The notes beneath the pieces were generated by a model. That model made no database searches, was not told the origin of the DNA, and saw only the letters and a program-made list of their open reading frames with translations. A stretch of DNA of 64,000 bases from the human T2T-CHM13v2.0 reference genome, Homo sapiens: the NCBI RefSeq assembly GCF_009914755.1, contig NC_060932.1. One strand, 5' to 3'. A program made the position numbers and the translations under genes. Of the stretch, positions 1 through 15,062 are shown piece after piece (position 1 is the first letter of the stretch; every line of letters starts with the position of its first letter).

Positions 1-2115
<2,115 letters not shown>

Positions 2116-2394
2116 TTACAAAAGACAACAACAAAAAAATTTAAAAAGCTTTTCAGCAGTAAACGTTTTCACAAAATTGGGACCAAACAAATGTCCAACT
2201 ATATTCATGACTTTGCACTGTCAACTTTTTAAGCACAAATGAAATAGTTCTTTTATGCATAGAAAAGTCAATCACAGAATAGTGCAATTCCAAACACATG
2301 CTGTTCCAATCAGGTTGTGTGTATTAATACAATCAACTATAAAACTTTAAGTGCACATGATTTTTGATTTATCCAAATTTATTTACTGCACCAA

Positions 2395-2525
2395 TAATTT
2401 ATTTATGGTATTGTTTTATTAGTATTATATAGTTTATCATTTATTAATATGTTATATATTGTTTATTATTTATTATATCTTATTTATTATTTATTATATA
2501 TATTGTATTCTTATTGTTAATAATA
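2395..2525. repeat. AT-rich low-complexity (TTA/TTATA) tract
   Basis: Degenerate ttatt/tatat repeats. Confidence 0.7.
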
Positions 2526-2812
2526 AACATAACAGATATTGAGCTGATGGTGCTAGTCAACGTGCTTCTCATATATGTATTGATACAATAAAGTTACAAA
2601 ATCGAAAGACCTCATAAATTGATATCCTTATTTCCAGAGTGAGACTGTACAGTTATTTTCTTATACTCCCTCCTATCCACTTAATGTTTTTTCAGTATTT
2701 CTCACTGGATGGCAAATTTCACAGTTTATTTTCATAGAACAAGCATTGCTTTTATGTAATTTCATAATCTTATAAATGTTCATGACTAGCTTTCATTAGA
2801 ATATATAATTCT

Positions 2813-3121
<309 letters not shown>

Positions 3122-3504
3122 AGAATATATAATTCTATAATGTATTAGAGGCCTGATCCAATGGAGAGGCAGAAAACAGATTGTATATATCCAAACAAAT
3201 ATAGTTGGATATGTAGTCTTCACATATTTGGTTGCAAGAATACCATTTATAATATACTCAAAACAAGTATCTTAAAACAAAATATTGGAACTATGCTCCA
3301 GATATTGGTCATGATTAATATATAAAGTACCTCTTGCTTTATAATTTTTTGAAGATTTCCAGCAAAGCAGTTTTTATGACATCATGAAATAGAAAAATAC
3401 TGCTGTATTATACTTCTACCATATATCTAACCATTTAAATTTTAAGTGTTTGCTATAAAGCCAAAGTAAAAGAGTCTCCAAAGCAAGGCTATTACATAGT
3501 TAGG

Positions 3505-3593
3505 AAGAGTTTCAGATTAAGGTTTCTTAATAACACGTTCTTAATAATAAGAGTTTCAGATTAAGAGTTTCAGATTAAGGTTTCTTAATAACA
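3505..3593. repeat. Complex local direct duplication (31-bp unit x2 with partial copies between)
   Basis: AAGAGTTTCAGATTAAGGTTTCTTAATAACA at 3505-3535 and 3563-3593; partial copies at 3538-3547 and 3549-3562. Confidence 0.9.
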
Positions 3594-5280
3594 AGTATAT
3601 ATTTCCTATTCTTCAAAGCTCACAGTTTTCTTCTTCAGAAGGCAAAATAAACAGCTGATTTATTATACTATGTTTGTGGGGTGGGAGTGTCAAGAGGAAT
3701 TACAAATATTCTCTCACCTTTTGGCAATTAGTCATGCTAGGGGAACAGTAGAAGGAGGATGGAAAATCTGTCATTGTATATGTAATCAGTGTTAAGGTGT
3801 AGGTACAGGGATGCAAGGACCCTCTAACCAATACTCTTCATCTTTATCCCTGAAAACCCAACTTTCCTAAGATGTGTGGGAGCTAGCCACCACTTTTAGT
3901 GGATGACCACCTGCCCATTAAAATGTAAAATCACCTTTATTGTATTATTGTGTCTACTGGTGTACAGAATGTTGAATTCCAATATGAAAACATTGGGATA
4001 ATTTTTATATATTTCTCATTTTTATTCTTGGTTTGCAGTGCATTTTCCGTAATGTTTCCCTATAAATCTATTTTCTCTTTTCATAGGGATGAATCTGTTT
4101 ATTTGTTGAGCTGACTGACTTTTTTTCCAATCTGAATTTAGTTAACAAAAATATATAATATAATTGTATAATTTTAGACTCAAGTTTTAAAATTTGCTTT
4201 CATTACTTTCAGAAAATATACAGGTTATGTTTACTCTTGTTGATTAAAATAGTAACTCAGTGAAAAACTATTTGGATTTGTTTCAATTATATTTTCAATT
4301 GAGTAGCATAGTTCATGCCAGATTTTGATTTACAATTTGGTTTTGTTCAATTCCCTATTTCGATGAACATGAATATCCGTTAGGGAAAGTTTAAATTATT
4401 TTTGACAGGCTGCACACATTTCCAGATGTAATAAGACTACAATGCATGGAGGTGTGTAATACACCAAAGCAGAGTTTGGAGATGACCCCCTAAAAGACCC
4501 AGTTCAGTACATGAGAATCGGCTCCACAAGGACATTAAGAAATGCGAGAAAAGAAAAAAGACAAAATGTTCAATAAAAATGATAAACTTTCCATCTTTTC
4601 CAGGGACATGAAAGGTAATTTCAGTAATAGAGTACAGTAAAGGCAAGTAATAGCTACTGTGTAACTGCAGTTTGCAACTTGAATTTACTTTCAGTAATCT
4701 AAGGGAGTGGACCTGAAGAAAGTAGAGCTGCAGTAGGGAGAAGTAGAATGTGCATGAGGTGGAGCAAATAATGATAATTTAACAAGGGTGAAACTAAGAA
4801 GTATTCCTGACAGCCTCAATGCTTCAGTGTATGAGGCAAGACCTTAGATAAGCCAAGAAACTGAACTAGAAAGCACTTGTACCACAGCATCCCTCTGCCA
4901 CCAGAGAGAAATATACAGTCATTGGTTATAGGCGAGTCACATGGGCTTTGAAAATCACAGTCACTGAATAATGTTCATTATTTACACTCATTCTAAACAA
5001 TATGGTTTGGTTTATGGCTTATGGAGAAATCTCACAAATAAATCTCTATATCTCTGTCCTTATTTCACATGTTATCAGGAAAACCAGGAAATGAGGGATT
5101 GAGAATATATGCCACTTGGAAAGATTCCATTAAACTACTTAATTTAGATAATTACTAAAGGAGATATTCTAAAATATAACTTATTGTTATCCCTGTGTCA
5201 AATCACTGTGGTCATTTAAGAGTAAGCAAATTCTAGCATAAAGTCAATGAGAATAATCTTTTAATAAGAAATAGATTGTA

Positions 5281-5460
5281 CACATTTATTCAACAGTTAT
5301 TTACCAAACATTAACTATATGACAAATACCAATGGTAAAGGTTGGAAATATGATAGTAAGCAAGAGAAAAATCATGGTTTTATACAGTAAAATTAAAACA
5401 TACAAACAAATAAATAAATAATATATATTTCAGATAGTGGCAAATGACATATAACAACAA
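5281..5460 (-). mobile_element. L2 LINE 3' end fragment
   Basis: catttattcaacagttatttaccaaacattaactatatgacaaatac resembles the reverse-complemented L2 3' end. Confidence 0.55.
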
Positions 5461-6399
5461 TAACAAAAAACCCAGTAACATGATAAAGAATTTCTAGAAA
5501 TAAAGTTTCCATTGTTTTAATATATTTTCCATTTCACCCTAAAAATCTCCATACTCAGGATTATATGTCTTAAACCACTAAAGGGGATTTAGGATAATTA
5601 TATCAAGAAAAATATGGTCATGATAAATGTCATACATTTGTTCCCTAATACTCTAGTTATTTGTATCAGAAAATTTGACGTGTCTCTTGAGTAATAAATA
5701 CATTGTAATGGAATTACTAAAAAATTATTAATGACATCAAATTTCATTGCATGTTTAATGAGGAAAGAAATACTGACAATAATACAGAGTAACTTATAAT
5801 TAATCTTTGTAAAAAATTTTTAGTTCTCCAATTTACTGCAGAAATAATGATTAAATCATCAATTTATATTTAAAATCCTATATGTTTCTATTGTAATTAA
5901 TCCTTTAGAGAATGTAATTATAATCCTTACAACATGATTTTAAGAATTAGTTAAACATAAGAAAATTGAGAGAATGACAGCTTTTTTGATAAAGTTCATA
6001 AAACTATTCTGAGCTTATTCTTTTTTTTCTTTAATGTTAAACCGCTTTTATTATAAGATAAATTGTCAGGTCCTCATTTCAGCCATATCTGGTTTTCAAA
6101 CTTTCTCAAATTTTGTAGTTTCATCAACAGCTATCATTTTTGATTGCTCTGACATCTACTTTTTAAAAAAATCTTCCCAATTCCCTAAAATCATCCAAAT
6201 GTAATGGCCTATCTATATTATCCATAGGTGGAGTCAAATCTTAAACTCAGGATTTTTCACAACATTACCTCCATGACTTTGTATCCCTCTTTTTCACAAT
6301 TCTCCCACTTTCCTCTAATTTTACTTGTCTCTCTCTCTCTCCCTCTCTCAAGCATGCTCCCGTGCTTTCTCACTCTCTTGCTTTTAAACCAGTTTTGAC

Positions 6400-6709
6400 C
6401 TCCTTCCTTCTCTAGCACTTAGATAAGATGTATCCATCATGAATCTTCATGAATGTTCTTTATGACCTTGTTAGATTATGGCCCTATGTTGAGCTGCTAT
6501 TAGTTGCTCAAATTTTATTCTTTCATCTTATCCCTGGAACTTTGCATATACTTCGCTTTGAGGCTGAAATAAATATCCTTTCTTTACATTTATTGATTTA
6601 CTCTAAATCTTTCTCAGGAAAACCAGACAAAGTTCCATGGTTAAGAGAGGTGCCCAATCTCCTTCTCTGTCCTCACAGACCACCTGCACATGTTCTCATC
6701 ATATCTTAA
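6400..6709 (+). mobile_element. L2 fragment (resumes at about 9401 after the L1 insertion)
   Basis: Degenerate L2 3'-region motifs (ctttgcatat..., ctctgtcctcacagaccacctgcac). Confidence 0.4.
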
Positions 6710-7217
6710 TTTTTTATGTTTAACAGACACATAACAATTGCACATACTTATGGGGTACAATGTGCTGTTTCAGTACATACATACATTGTGTAATGATCAA
6801 ATCAGAGTAATTAGCATATCCATCACCTCAAACATTTATGATTTCTTTGTAGTAGGAAATTCAAAATCCTCTCTTCTAGCTATTTTGAGATATAAAATAT
6901 CTTTTTCGTTGACTATAGTTACCCTACAGTGCAATAGGACACTGGTACTTATTCTGCCTTTCTAGCTATAAATTTATACCCATTGACCAACCTCTCCTAT
7001 CAACTCACCACCTTCCTCAGTCTCTGGTAACCACTGTTCTATTTGCTACTTCTATGAGACCATCGTTTTTAGATTCTGAATATGGGTGAGAACATTTGAT
7101 ATTTATCTTTCTGTTTCTGACTTATTTATCTTAACATATTTTCCTTGAGGTTTACCCATGTTGTCCCAAATGACAAAATTTGTTTCTTTCTTAAGGCTGC
7201 ATAGTATTCCACTGAGT

Positions 7218-7254
<37 letters not shown>

Positions 7255-7710
7255 TCACACTTTCTTAATCCGTTCATACATCATTGGACACTTAGAGTCG
7301 ATTACTTGACTATTGTGAATAGTGAAGCAATAAAAATAGGAGTTCATATAGTTCTTCAACCTATTAACTTCACCTCTTTTGGATATTTACCTGGTAGTAG
7401 TATTGCTGGGTCATATGGTAGTTCTATTTTTAATTTTTTGAGGAACATACATACTATTTTTAATAATGGTTTTACTAATATATATTCTTGTCAACACTGT
7501 AGAAGGGTACCTTTTTCTCTGCATCTTTGCTAACACCTCTTTTGTCTTTTTGATAGTAGCCATTCTGACTAAAGTGAAGTGATATCTCATTGTGGTACTG
7601 ATTTACATTTTCTGGATGACTAGTGATGTTGAACATTTTTTTCACACACCTGTTGGCCACTTTTCTTCTTTTGAAGGTTATCTGTTCTGGTCCATTGCCA
7701 ATTTTTTCAT
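6710..7710 (-). mobile_element. L1MA-type LINE-1 3' end
   Basis: atggggtacaatgtg...tgtgtaatgatcaaatcagagtaattagcatatccatcacctcaaacattta is the L1MA 3'UTR signature, followed by ORF2 C-terminal sequence. Confidence 0.85.
7220..7253. repeat. (TG)17 microsatellite inside L1MA
   Basis: Perfect TG run. Confidence 0.95.
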
Positions 7711-8000
7711 CAGTAGTAAAGTCAGAGCCTTTAGTGTATCCATCACTGGAGTAATGTACATTGTACCTATCAAGTAATTTCTCATCATCCACCCCTCTGC
7801 CATCCCTTGACCTTTCCAAGCATCCATTGTCTATCATTCCACGCTCTACCTCCATGTGTAAACATTATTTAGCTCCCATTTATAAGTGAGACATGTGGTG
7901 TTTGTCTTTCTGTCTCTGAGTTGTTTCACTTGAGATAACTGTCTCCAGTTCCCTCCATGTTCCTGAAAAATATATTATTTCTTTTTTTTTAAGGCTGAAA
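7711..8000 (-). mobile_element. L1PB (L1PB3-like) 3'UTR fragment without poly-A
   Basis: tagtaaagtcagagcctttagtgtatccatcactggagtaatgtacattgtacc...tttagctcccatttataagtgagac. The reverse-strand ORF 7475..7855 contains L1 3'UTR-like translation. Confidence 0.75.
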
Positions 8001-9400
8001 TGTCTAGATCTTTTTCAGACTCTTCATAAATTTCCTTTCTTTAGTGTCTGCTACTGAAGTCTTTTGTGTTCCTTTGGAAGGCTCACATTTCTTTGCTTTT
8101 TCACATTTCTTCTTTCCCTATGCGTATATCTGTGCATCTGGTAGAAGAGTCACCTTTCCGATTTTATGTGGTAGTTTTGGTAAAGTGAAACATTTTCATG
8201 TATATGCGTCTTAGGGTGTGGTTTAGTAGGGTGTTTTGGCTTTGATTCTGGGTAGAAGCAGGAGTGTGGTTTATGTGCAGTTTCTTCAGCTGTAATTCGC
8301 ATCAGCAATGTCTGAGTGTGTCAGTGCTCTGGACTGCAAAAACTTACGGTAATAATGGCCACCATGATAGTTTCAGACTACGCATACTTGGGTGTGATAG
8401 TTTGGCTGGCACTAGGGTGGGCTTGCTGGAGTCCAGGACCTCCACTAGGCCAGCTATATTGGTCCAGGAGCATACCGATGCAGTGAATTATCTAGGGTGG
8501 AAATACCTTGCAGTGGGACCACCACAAGGCTAACTGGTGGTTCGGGCAAATGCTCACATACATGAGTTGACTGGTTCTGGAGTGGGTTGGCAGGGGAGTG
8601 GAGCCACCACTGGGTTGAATGTTGAGCTGTCAGGCACACATGGGTGTGATAGGTAAGCCATCTCTGTGGTGATTTTCTGGGGAGTCAGGACAAGCCCAGG
8701 GTCAGCTTTCCCACTCTGTATAACTGCCTGTTCCATTGGAGCAGGGCATAGCATAGTCTCAGACACTGGAGTCACAGCTGTTCTGCTGAACCTAGGCTCC
8801 AAGTAGCCAGGTTTTTGTTACTGCAGCCATCTGTGTGAGTGTAGTGGAATGTCAGTAGCACATCACGATGGATAAACAATGACTATTGGCTCCCATAATA
8901 GGATGCACTACAGCTATGGGTCTGGTACCATCAAGATAGTGATGTGCTATAGCACCCTGGGTCACAGGGATAGGGGGTGCACATAGGCTCCTCACTCTGG
9001 AGCAATGCAGCCATGTTAACTCCAGGAAGCTCCCCAAACTACATTCAGAGGCAGTGAGGACTGTGGGCCTTTCTTGCAGCAAGAACTGTAGATGTGTATG
9101 TCGGGAACGGGGACTGCTGGTGGCCTCCAGCTTAACTTTTTCTCACAAAAAGAAGTCTCTCCCATCCCCAAGCTCATCCCAGCAGGGGGAACAGAGTGGC
9201 AGAGATAGGTGCTTCACTTACTTTCTAAACTTCCATTCTGGGTTTCTGTGCTTCACAGAGATTTCACCACTTCCTTGTGGTGAAGTATCCAGCATACTCT
9301 TCATTCACTCTAGTTGGAATGTAGTTCTCTATTCATTGTTTTGGTCCTTTGTTTTTGGTTGGACAAGTACCAGGCATCTCTAGGAAACTATCTTGCTCTG
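8001..9400 (-). mobile_element. L1M (L1MA-type) 5'UTR and ORF1 start
   Basis: ORF1-start-like text (tttcttgctttttcacatttc...atctgtgcatctggt), then a GC-richer 5'UTR ending in ...aactatcttg, the typical L1M 5' terminus. Confidence 0.65.
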
Positions 9401-9572
9401 ACCACAAAATTTATGATTAGCCATTTATTACTTTACTTAGTGATAAGTTTTCTATGTTTCCTATTATTTTACATTTTCTTTAACAGGGCTGTTATATCCC
9501 TGATACTTAGCATAATGATTGATGCATAGTGAGTGTATACTGTCTTATATATGTCAAGAAAATAAATGAAGA
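9401..9572 (+). mobile_element. L2 3' end fragment
   Basis: atatccctgatacttagcataatgattgatgcatagtgagtg...aaataaatgaa. Confidence 0.5.
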
Positions 9573-10894
9573 GAAGTTATTTGGGCACATGCCCTAACTT
9601 TCAGTCTCTTTGAATTTTTATACTCTTTATAAGTTAGGTCAATATTTCAATTTATATTATTATTAAATGTTTTAGTTCTTTTCTTATTCAAGGCCCATCT
9701 AAAATTCTATCTCCTTCATATGTCTTCTTCAACTCCCCTGGCTAAAATTTATATTTTTGTTTTCTGAATATGAAAAGCACTTGGTATAACTCTTCCTATG
9801 GCATGTCTTACTGCTTTCACCTTGTTTATATTATATAATCTATGTTCTAAATTATAAGAAGCTGAAAAGATCTGCATGGTATATATCGAATCCATAAGCA
9901 CATTTCAAACTGTAGATAATGAATTATGCTAATTAAGTACTATCCTATTACAAAATTTCTCCAAGTGTGTTCTGAACATTAGCAACCAAAAATGCCTGGG
10001 GATGGAGGAAATTACACTGTCCAATAATTACTAAATTGCTCTTTTGTAACCATATTCTCTTCCTGTAGTTTTAAAATGTTTTCATCTAGAATTTCTTAAA
10101 ACTGCCCAGCAAACATTCTCCCATTTTCATGCTTTGCCATAATATCAGTAACATGCAATGAAATTTATTCTAAGCCATTGATATTGTTCATTGCCTCATG
10201 TCTGAACAAGAATGCATTTTATAGTCCCAAGAAAAACTAGCATATTCAAAAATACTCAAAAAAATAAAAAAAACTTTCTGTTGTGTTGTGCGGGGTACTA
10301 AAAGTTGAAAAAATATTTTAGGAACTAAATTAATTCACTTATGGAATGACGTTAAATGCATTAATTTTCCACACTGTGCAAGTCATGTATGTAGAGTGTA
10401 CAGATGTTTACATAGACCAGGTGGTGTTTCCTTGTCATAGATGCCTGACTGTGCTATTGATTAGGTAGTCAAAAGTCACTGGACATCAGGACACAGAATT
10501 CTGCATGGTTTAAAAAATAGCATTACAAATCTAAGTATTGTGTTAGGCAGTCCACTCTTCAGAAGCAAGATATTACAAAGCAGTTACAAAGCAAAGGAGA
10601 TAATTGGCTATAGTAAGCTTTATTTCCTTTCCTTCTCCCCTTTTACTCTTAACCACACACCATAAAACCCACATACCCTATTCTGTAACTCTCTTCTGAT
10701 TTCCCACTTATCACTTATTTCCAGGATCTATCCTTTAGATGAATTCTCTTATAAAAAATGGATCTTATAGATCTGGGTTCCTTTTATCTAGAAACATGCT
10801 TCAGAAAAATCTATGTTTATATATTAGATATAATATGTATAGATTCAAATACCAAATTTTAATCAAGATTAAATGCACAGTTTGCATAGAATTA

Positions 10895-12071
10895 CAGGCA
10901 TACCTCTTTTTTTGCATTTTTGTTTATTGTGCTTTGCAGATATTGTGGGGTTTGTTGTTGCTGTTGTTTTACAAACTGAAGGTTTGTGACAATGCTGCAT
11001 TGGGCAAGTGGCATTTTTCCAATAACATATTGTCACTTCATCTCTCCATGTCACATTTTAATAATTCTCATAACATGTCAAAATTTTCATTATTATTTCT
11101 GTTATGGTGATGTATAAACAATGAAATTTGATGTTACTCTTCTAATTGCTTTTGGGTGTCACAAACTGTGCCCATGCAAGATGGTGAACTTAATCAGTAA
11201 ATGTTGTGTTTGTTCTGACTTCTCTACTAATCAACCATTCCCTTGTCTTTCATTTCATCCTTGAACATCTCTATCCCTGAGACACAATATTGAAAGTGTG
11301 AAAATTAATAAATATACAATGGCCTCTAAGTGTTCAAGTGAAAGGAAGAGTCACATGTCTCTCACTTTCAATCAAAAGCTAGAAATTATTAACCTGAGTG
11401 AGAAAAGCATGTTGAGAGCCAAGATAGATCTCTTATGCCAAATTAGCCAAGTTGTGAATGCAAAGGAAAAATTATTGAACGAAATCACAAATGCTACTCC
11501 AGTGAACACACAAATTATAAGAAAGCAAAACAATCTTTTTTGCTGATACGGAGAAAGTTTTAGTGGTTTGGATATAAGATCAAACCAACCACCATATTCC
11601 CTTCAGCCAAAGCCTAATTCAGAGTAAGGCCCTAACTTTATTCAATTCCATGAATACTAAGATAAATGAGGAAGCTGTAGAACAAAAAATCTGAAGCTAT
11701 CAGAGGTTGGTTCATGAAGCTTAAGAAAAGAAGACATCTTCATAATATAAGTGCAAGGTGCATCAGCATAAAGTGACGTAGAAGCTGCTGCAAGCTATCC
11801 AGACGGTCTAGCTAAAATAATTGATGAAGGTGACTATACTAAATGACAGATTTTCAATGCAGAAGAAGTAGCTTTCTACTGAAAGAAAATGTCATGTAGA
11901 CCTTTCATAGCTACAGAGAAGTCAATGCCTGGCTTAAGTTTCAAAAGACAGACTGACTGTGTTGTCAGGGGTTAATGAAGCTGGCAACTTTAAGTTGAAG
12001 CTAATGCTCATTTATTATTCAAAAATCCTAGAGCCCTTACAAATCATTCTAAATCTACACTGCCTGTACTC
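10895..12071 (+). mobile_element. Tigger1 (TcMar-Tigger) DNA transposon, 5' half with decayed transposase
   Basis: TA followed by the TIR start CAGGCATACCTC. ORF 11298..11546 gives MASKCSSERKSHMSLTFNQKLEIINLSE...QVVNAKEK, the Tigger1 CENP-B-type HTH. The 3' half and right TIR are absent. Confidence 0.93.
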
Positions 12072-13443
12072 AAAAATAGTCCAGGACCATATGGATTCAC
12101 AGCAGAATTCTACCAGACATTCAAAGAAGAATTGGTGCAAATTATTTTGACACTATTCCACAAGATAAAGAAGGAACCCTCCCTAATTCATTCTAAGAAG
12201 CCAGCATCACCCTAATACCAAAACCAGGGAAGGGCATAACCAAAAAAGAAAACTACAGACTGATATCCTTGATGAATATAGATGCTAAAATCTGTAACAA
12301 AATACTAGCTAATCAAATCCAACAGCATATCAAAAAGATAATCCAGCCTGATCAAGTGGGTTTCATACCAGGGATGCAGGGATGGTTTAACATATGCAAG
12401 TCAATAAATGTGATACACCACATAAACAGAATTAAAAACAAATATCACATGATCATCACAATAGATGCAGCAAAAACATTCAACAAGATCCAGCATCCAT
12501 TTATGATTAAAACACTTAGCAAAATTGGCATACAAGGGACATATCTTAATGTAATAAAAGCCATCTATGAAACACCCACAGCCAACATTATACTGAATGG
12601 GGAAAAGTTGAAAGCATTCCCTCTGAGAACTGGAACAAGACAAGGATGTCCACTCTCACCACTCCTCTTCAACATAGTACTGGAAATCCTAGCCAGAGCA
12701 ATCAGACAAGAGAAAGAAATAAAGGGCATCCAAATCAGTAAAAAGGAAGTCAAACTGTCACTGTTTGCTGATGATATGATTGTTTGCCTTGAAAACCCTA
12801 AAGACTCCTCCAGAAAGCTCCTAGAACTGATAAAAAAAAATTCAGCAAAGTTTCCGCATAGATTAATGTACACAAATCAGTAGCTCTTCTACATGCTAAC
12901 AGCAACCAAGTGAAGAATCAAATCAAGAACTGAACCCCTTTTATAATAGCTGCAAAAAATAAAATAAAATACTTAGGAATACACCAAACCAAGGAATTGA
13001 AAGACCTCTGCAAGGAAAACTACAAAACACTGCTGAAAGAAATCTTAGACAACACAAACAAATGGAAACACATCCCATGCTCATGGATGGGTGGAATCAA
13101 TATTGTGACAATGACCATACTGCCAAAAGCAATCTACAAATTCAATGCAATCCCCATCAAATTCCAACATCATTCATTACAGAATTAGAAAAAAAAAATC
13201 TAAAATTCATATGGAAGCAAAAAAGAGCTGGTTTAGCCAAAGCAAGACTAAGCAAAAAGAACAAATCTGGATGCATAACACTACCTGATTTCAAACTACA
13301 GTATAAGGCCATAGTCACCAAAACACTTTGGTACTGGTAAAAAAAAAAAAAAAAAAAAAAAAAAAGATAAGCATGTAGGCCAATGGAACAAAATAGAGGA
13401 TGCAGAAATAAACCCAAATCCTTATAGCTAACTGATATTTGAA
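12072..13443 (+). mobile_element. L1PB (L1PB1-like) internal ORF2 fragment covering the reverse transcriptase region; disrupted
   Basis: ORF 12269..12883 contains [30 protein letters not shown] and LFADDMIV. Frameshifts and stops follow. No 3'UTR or terminal poly-A. Confidence 0.92.
13339..13365. repeat. A27 mononucleotide run inside L1 ORF2
   Basis: Follows ggtactggt, where the L1 consensus has only a short A run. Confidence 0.9.
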
Positions 13444-14702
13444 AGCTCAAAATTGATCATGGACTTAAAAGTAAATCTACGAAACACTTAGAAAAACATA
13501 TCACAGAAAATCTTTGAGATCTTGAGTTAGGTGAAGTTTCAGAATTAAGCCCAAAAACAATATTCATAAAAAATAATTAACAAATTGGACATCATCAAAA
13601 TTAAACACTTCTGCTATGAAGAAGATACTGAATAAGAAGATGAAAAGACAAATACAAAATGTAAAAAAAAAGTGTTAATATATCATACACTTGACACAGA
13701 ACTTATATCTAGAGTATATAAAGAATTCCCAAATGCAACTGTTAAAAAGAAAAAAATTCACAAAATAAGAGGAAACTTGAACAGGTATTTCACAGAAGAG
13801 GATTTACAGATGGCAAATAGTTACATGAGTAGATATTTGGCAAATGCAAATTAAAATCACAGTGAGATATTATGATACACCTACCAGAATGGCTAAAATT
13901 AAAAACAGTGACTATGCCAAATGTGAGGATGCAGAGAAACTGAACCACTCATATAATGCTAGCATGAATGTAAAATGGTATACCAACACTGGAGAAGAAT
14001 ATCAGTCTTTTATAAAACTAAAATTGCACTTGCCATGCAATTCTGAAATTGTACTATTGAGTACTCATTATCCCAGAGAAATGAAAGCTTATATTCACAC
14101 AAAAACCTGTACATGAATCTTCAAAGTAGCTTTACTTATAATAGCCCAAACTTTAAAGAACACAAATGGTCTACAACAGGTGAATGATTCAACAAACTGT
14201 AGCATATCCATATCATGGAATACTACTCAGCATTAAAAAGGAACAAACTACTGATATACACAACAACTTGCATAAATCTCAAGGTAATTATGTATAAAAC
14301 AGAACATTAAGAGCAAAGGAAAAAGCGAATCTCAAAAGTTACAGATTATGTAATTCCATTCATATAACATTCTTGGAATGAAAAAATTAAAGATATATAG
14401 AACTGAGTAGTGGTCAGTAGGTGTTATGGTGGGGCAGGTTAGGTGGGAAATAGCTGTTCCTCTAAAAGGATAGCTGAAGGGATTCTTGTGATGGAATTTC
14501 CCTGTATCTTGACTATAGCATTGTGATAAAGTGCACAGAATAAAATACACTTGCACACTCACAATAAATGCCTGCAAAATTGGTGAAATCTGAATCAGTT
14601 CAGTAGATTGTAATTGTTATGTTAATTTTCTTGTTGTAATATTGTGCCATAGTTATGAAAAATGCTTCTCTTGGGGGATAGTGGGTGAACAATATATGGG
14701 GT
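13444..14702 (+). mobile_element. L1MD-type LINE-1 ORF2 end and 3'UTR, interrupted by THE1
   Basis: ORF 13844..14116 resembles the L1 ORF2 C-terminus (MQIKITVRYYDTPTRMAKIK). 3'UTR motif ggtgaaatctgaat...tgggtgaa. Resumes at 17079 (ggatctctctgtattattt). Confidence 0.8.
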
Positions 14703-15062
14703 TCATATGGTTTGGCTTTGTGTCCCCACCCAAATCTCATCTTGAATTGTAATATCCACATGTTGAAAGAGGGACCTGGTGGAAGTGATTGGATTATGGG
14801 GGCAGTTTCTGCCTGCTGCTCTCATGATAGTGAGGGAGTTCTCATGAGATATGATGGTTTTAAAACTGGTAGGTTCTCCTGTGTGTCCTCTCTCCTGCTG
14901 CCCTGTAAGAAAGCGTTTTCTTCTCTTTCGCCTTCTGCCATGATAGTAAGTCTCCTGAGGCCTTCCCAGCCATGTGAAACTGTGAGTAAATTAAACCTCC
15001 TTGTTAATAAATTACCCATTCTCAGATAATATCTTTATACAGTGTGATAACAGACTAATACA
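14703..15062 (+). mobile_element. THE1 (THE1D-like) MaLR 5' LTR
   Basis: tcatatggtttggctttgtgtccccacccaaatctcatcttgaattgtaat...cagactaataca. Confidence 0.9.

Noticed and set aside
11298-11546. Transposase-like ORF as a domesticated TIGD1-like gene
   Set aside because: Early stop and frameshifts, DDE domain missing; a decayed Tigger1 copy.
12269-12883. 204-aa reverse transcriptase ORF as a novel RT system
   Set aside because: Ordinary L1 ORF2 fragment with frameshifts; no promoter, ORF1 or endonuclease.
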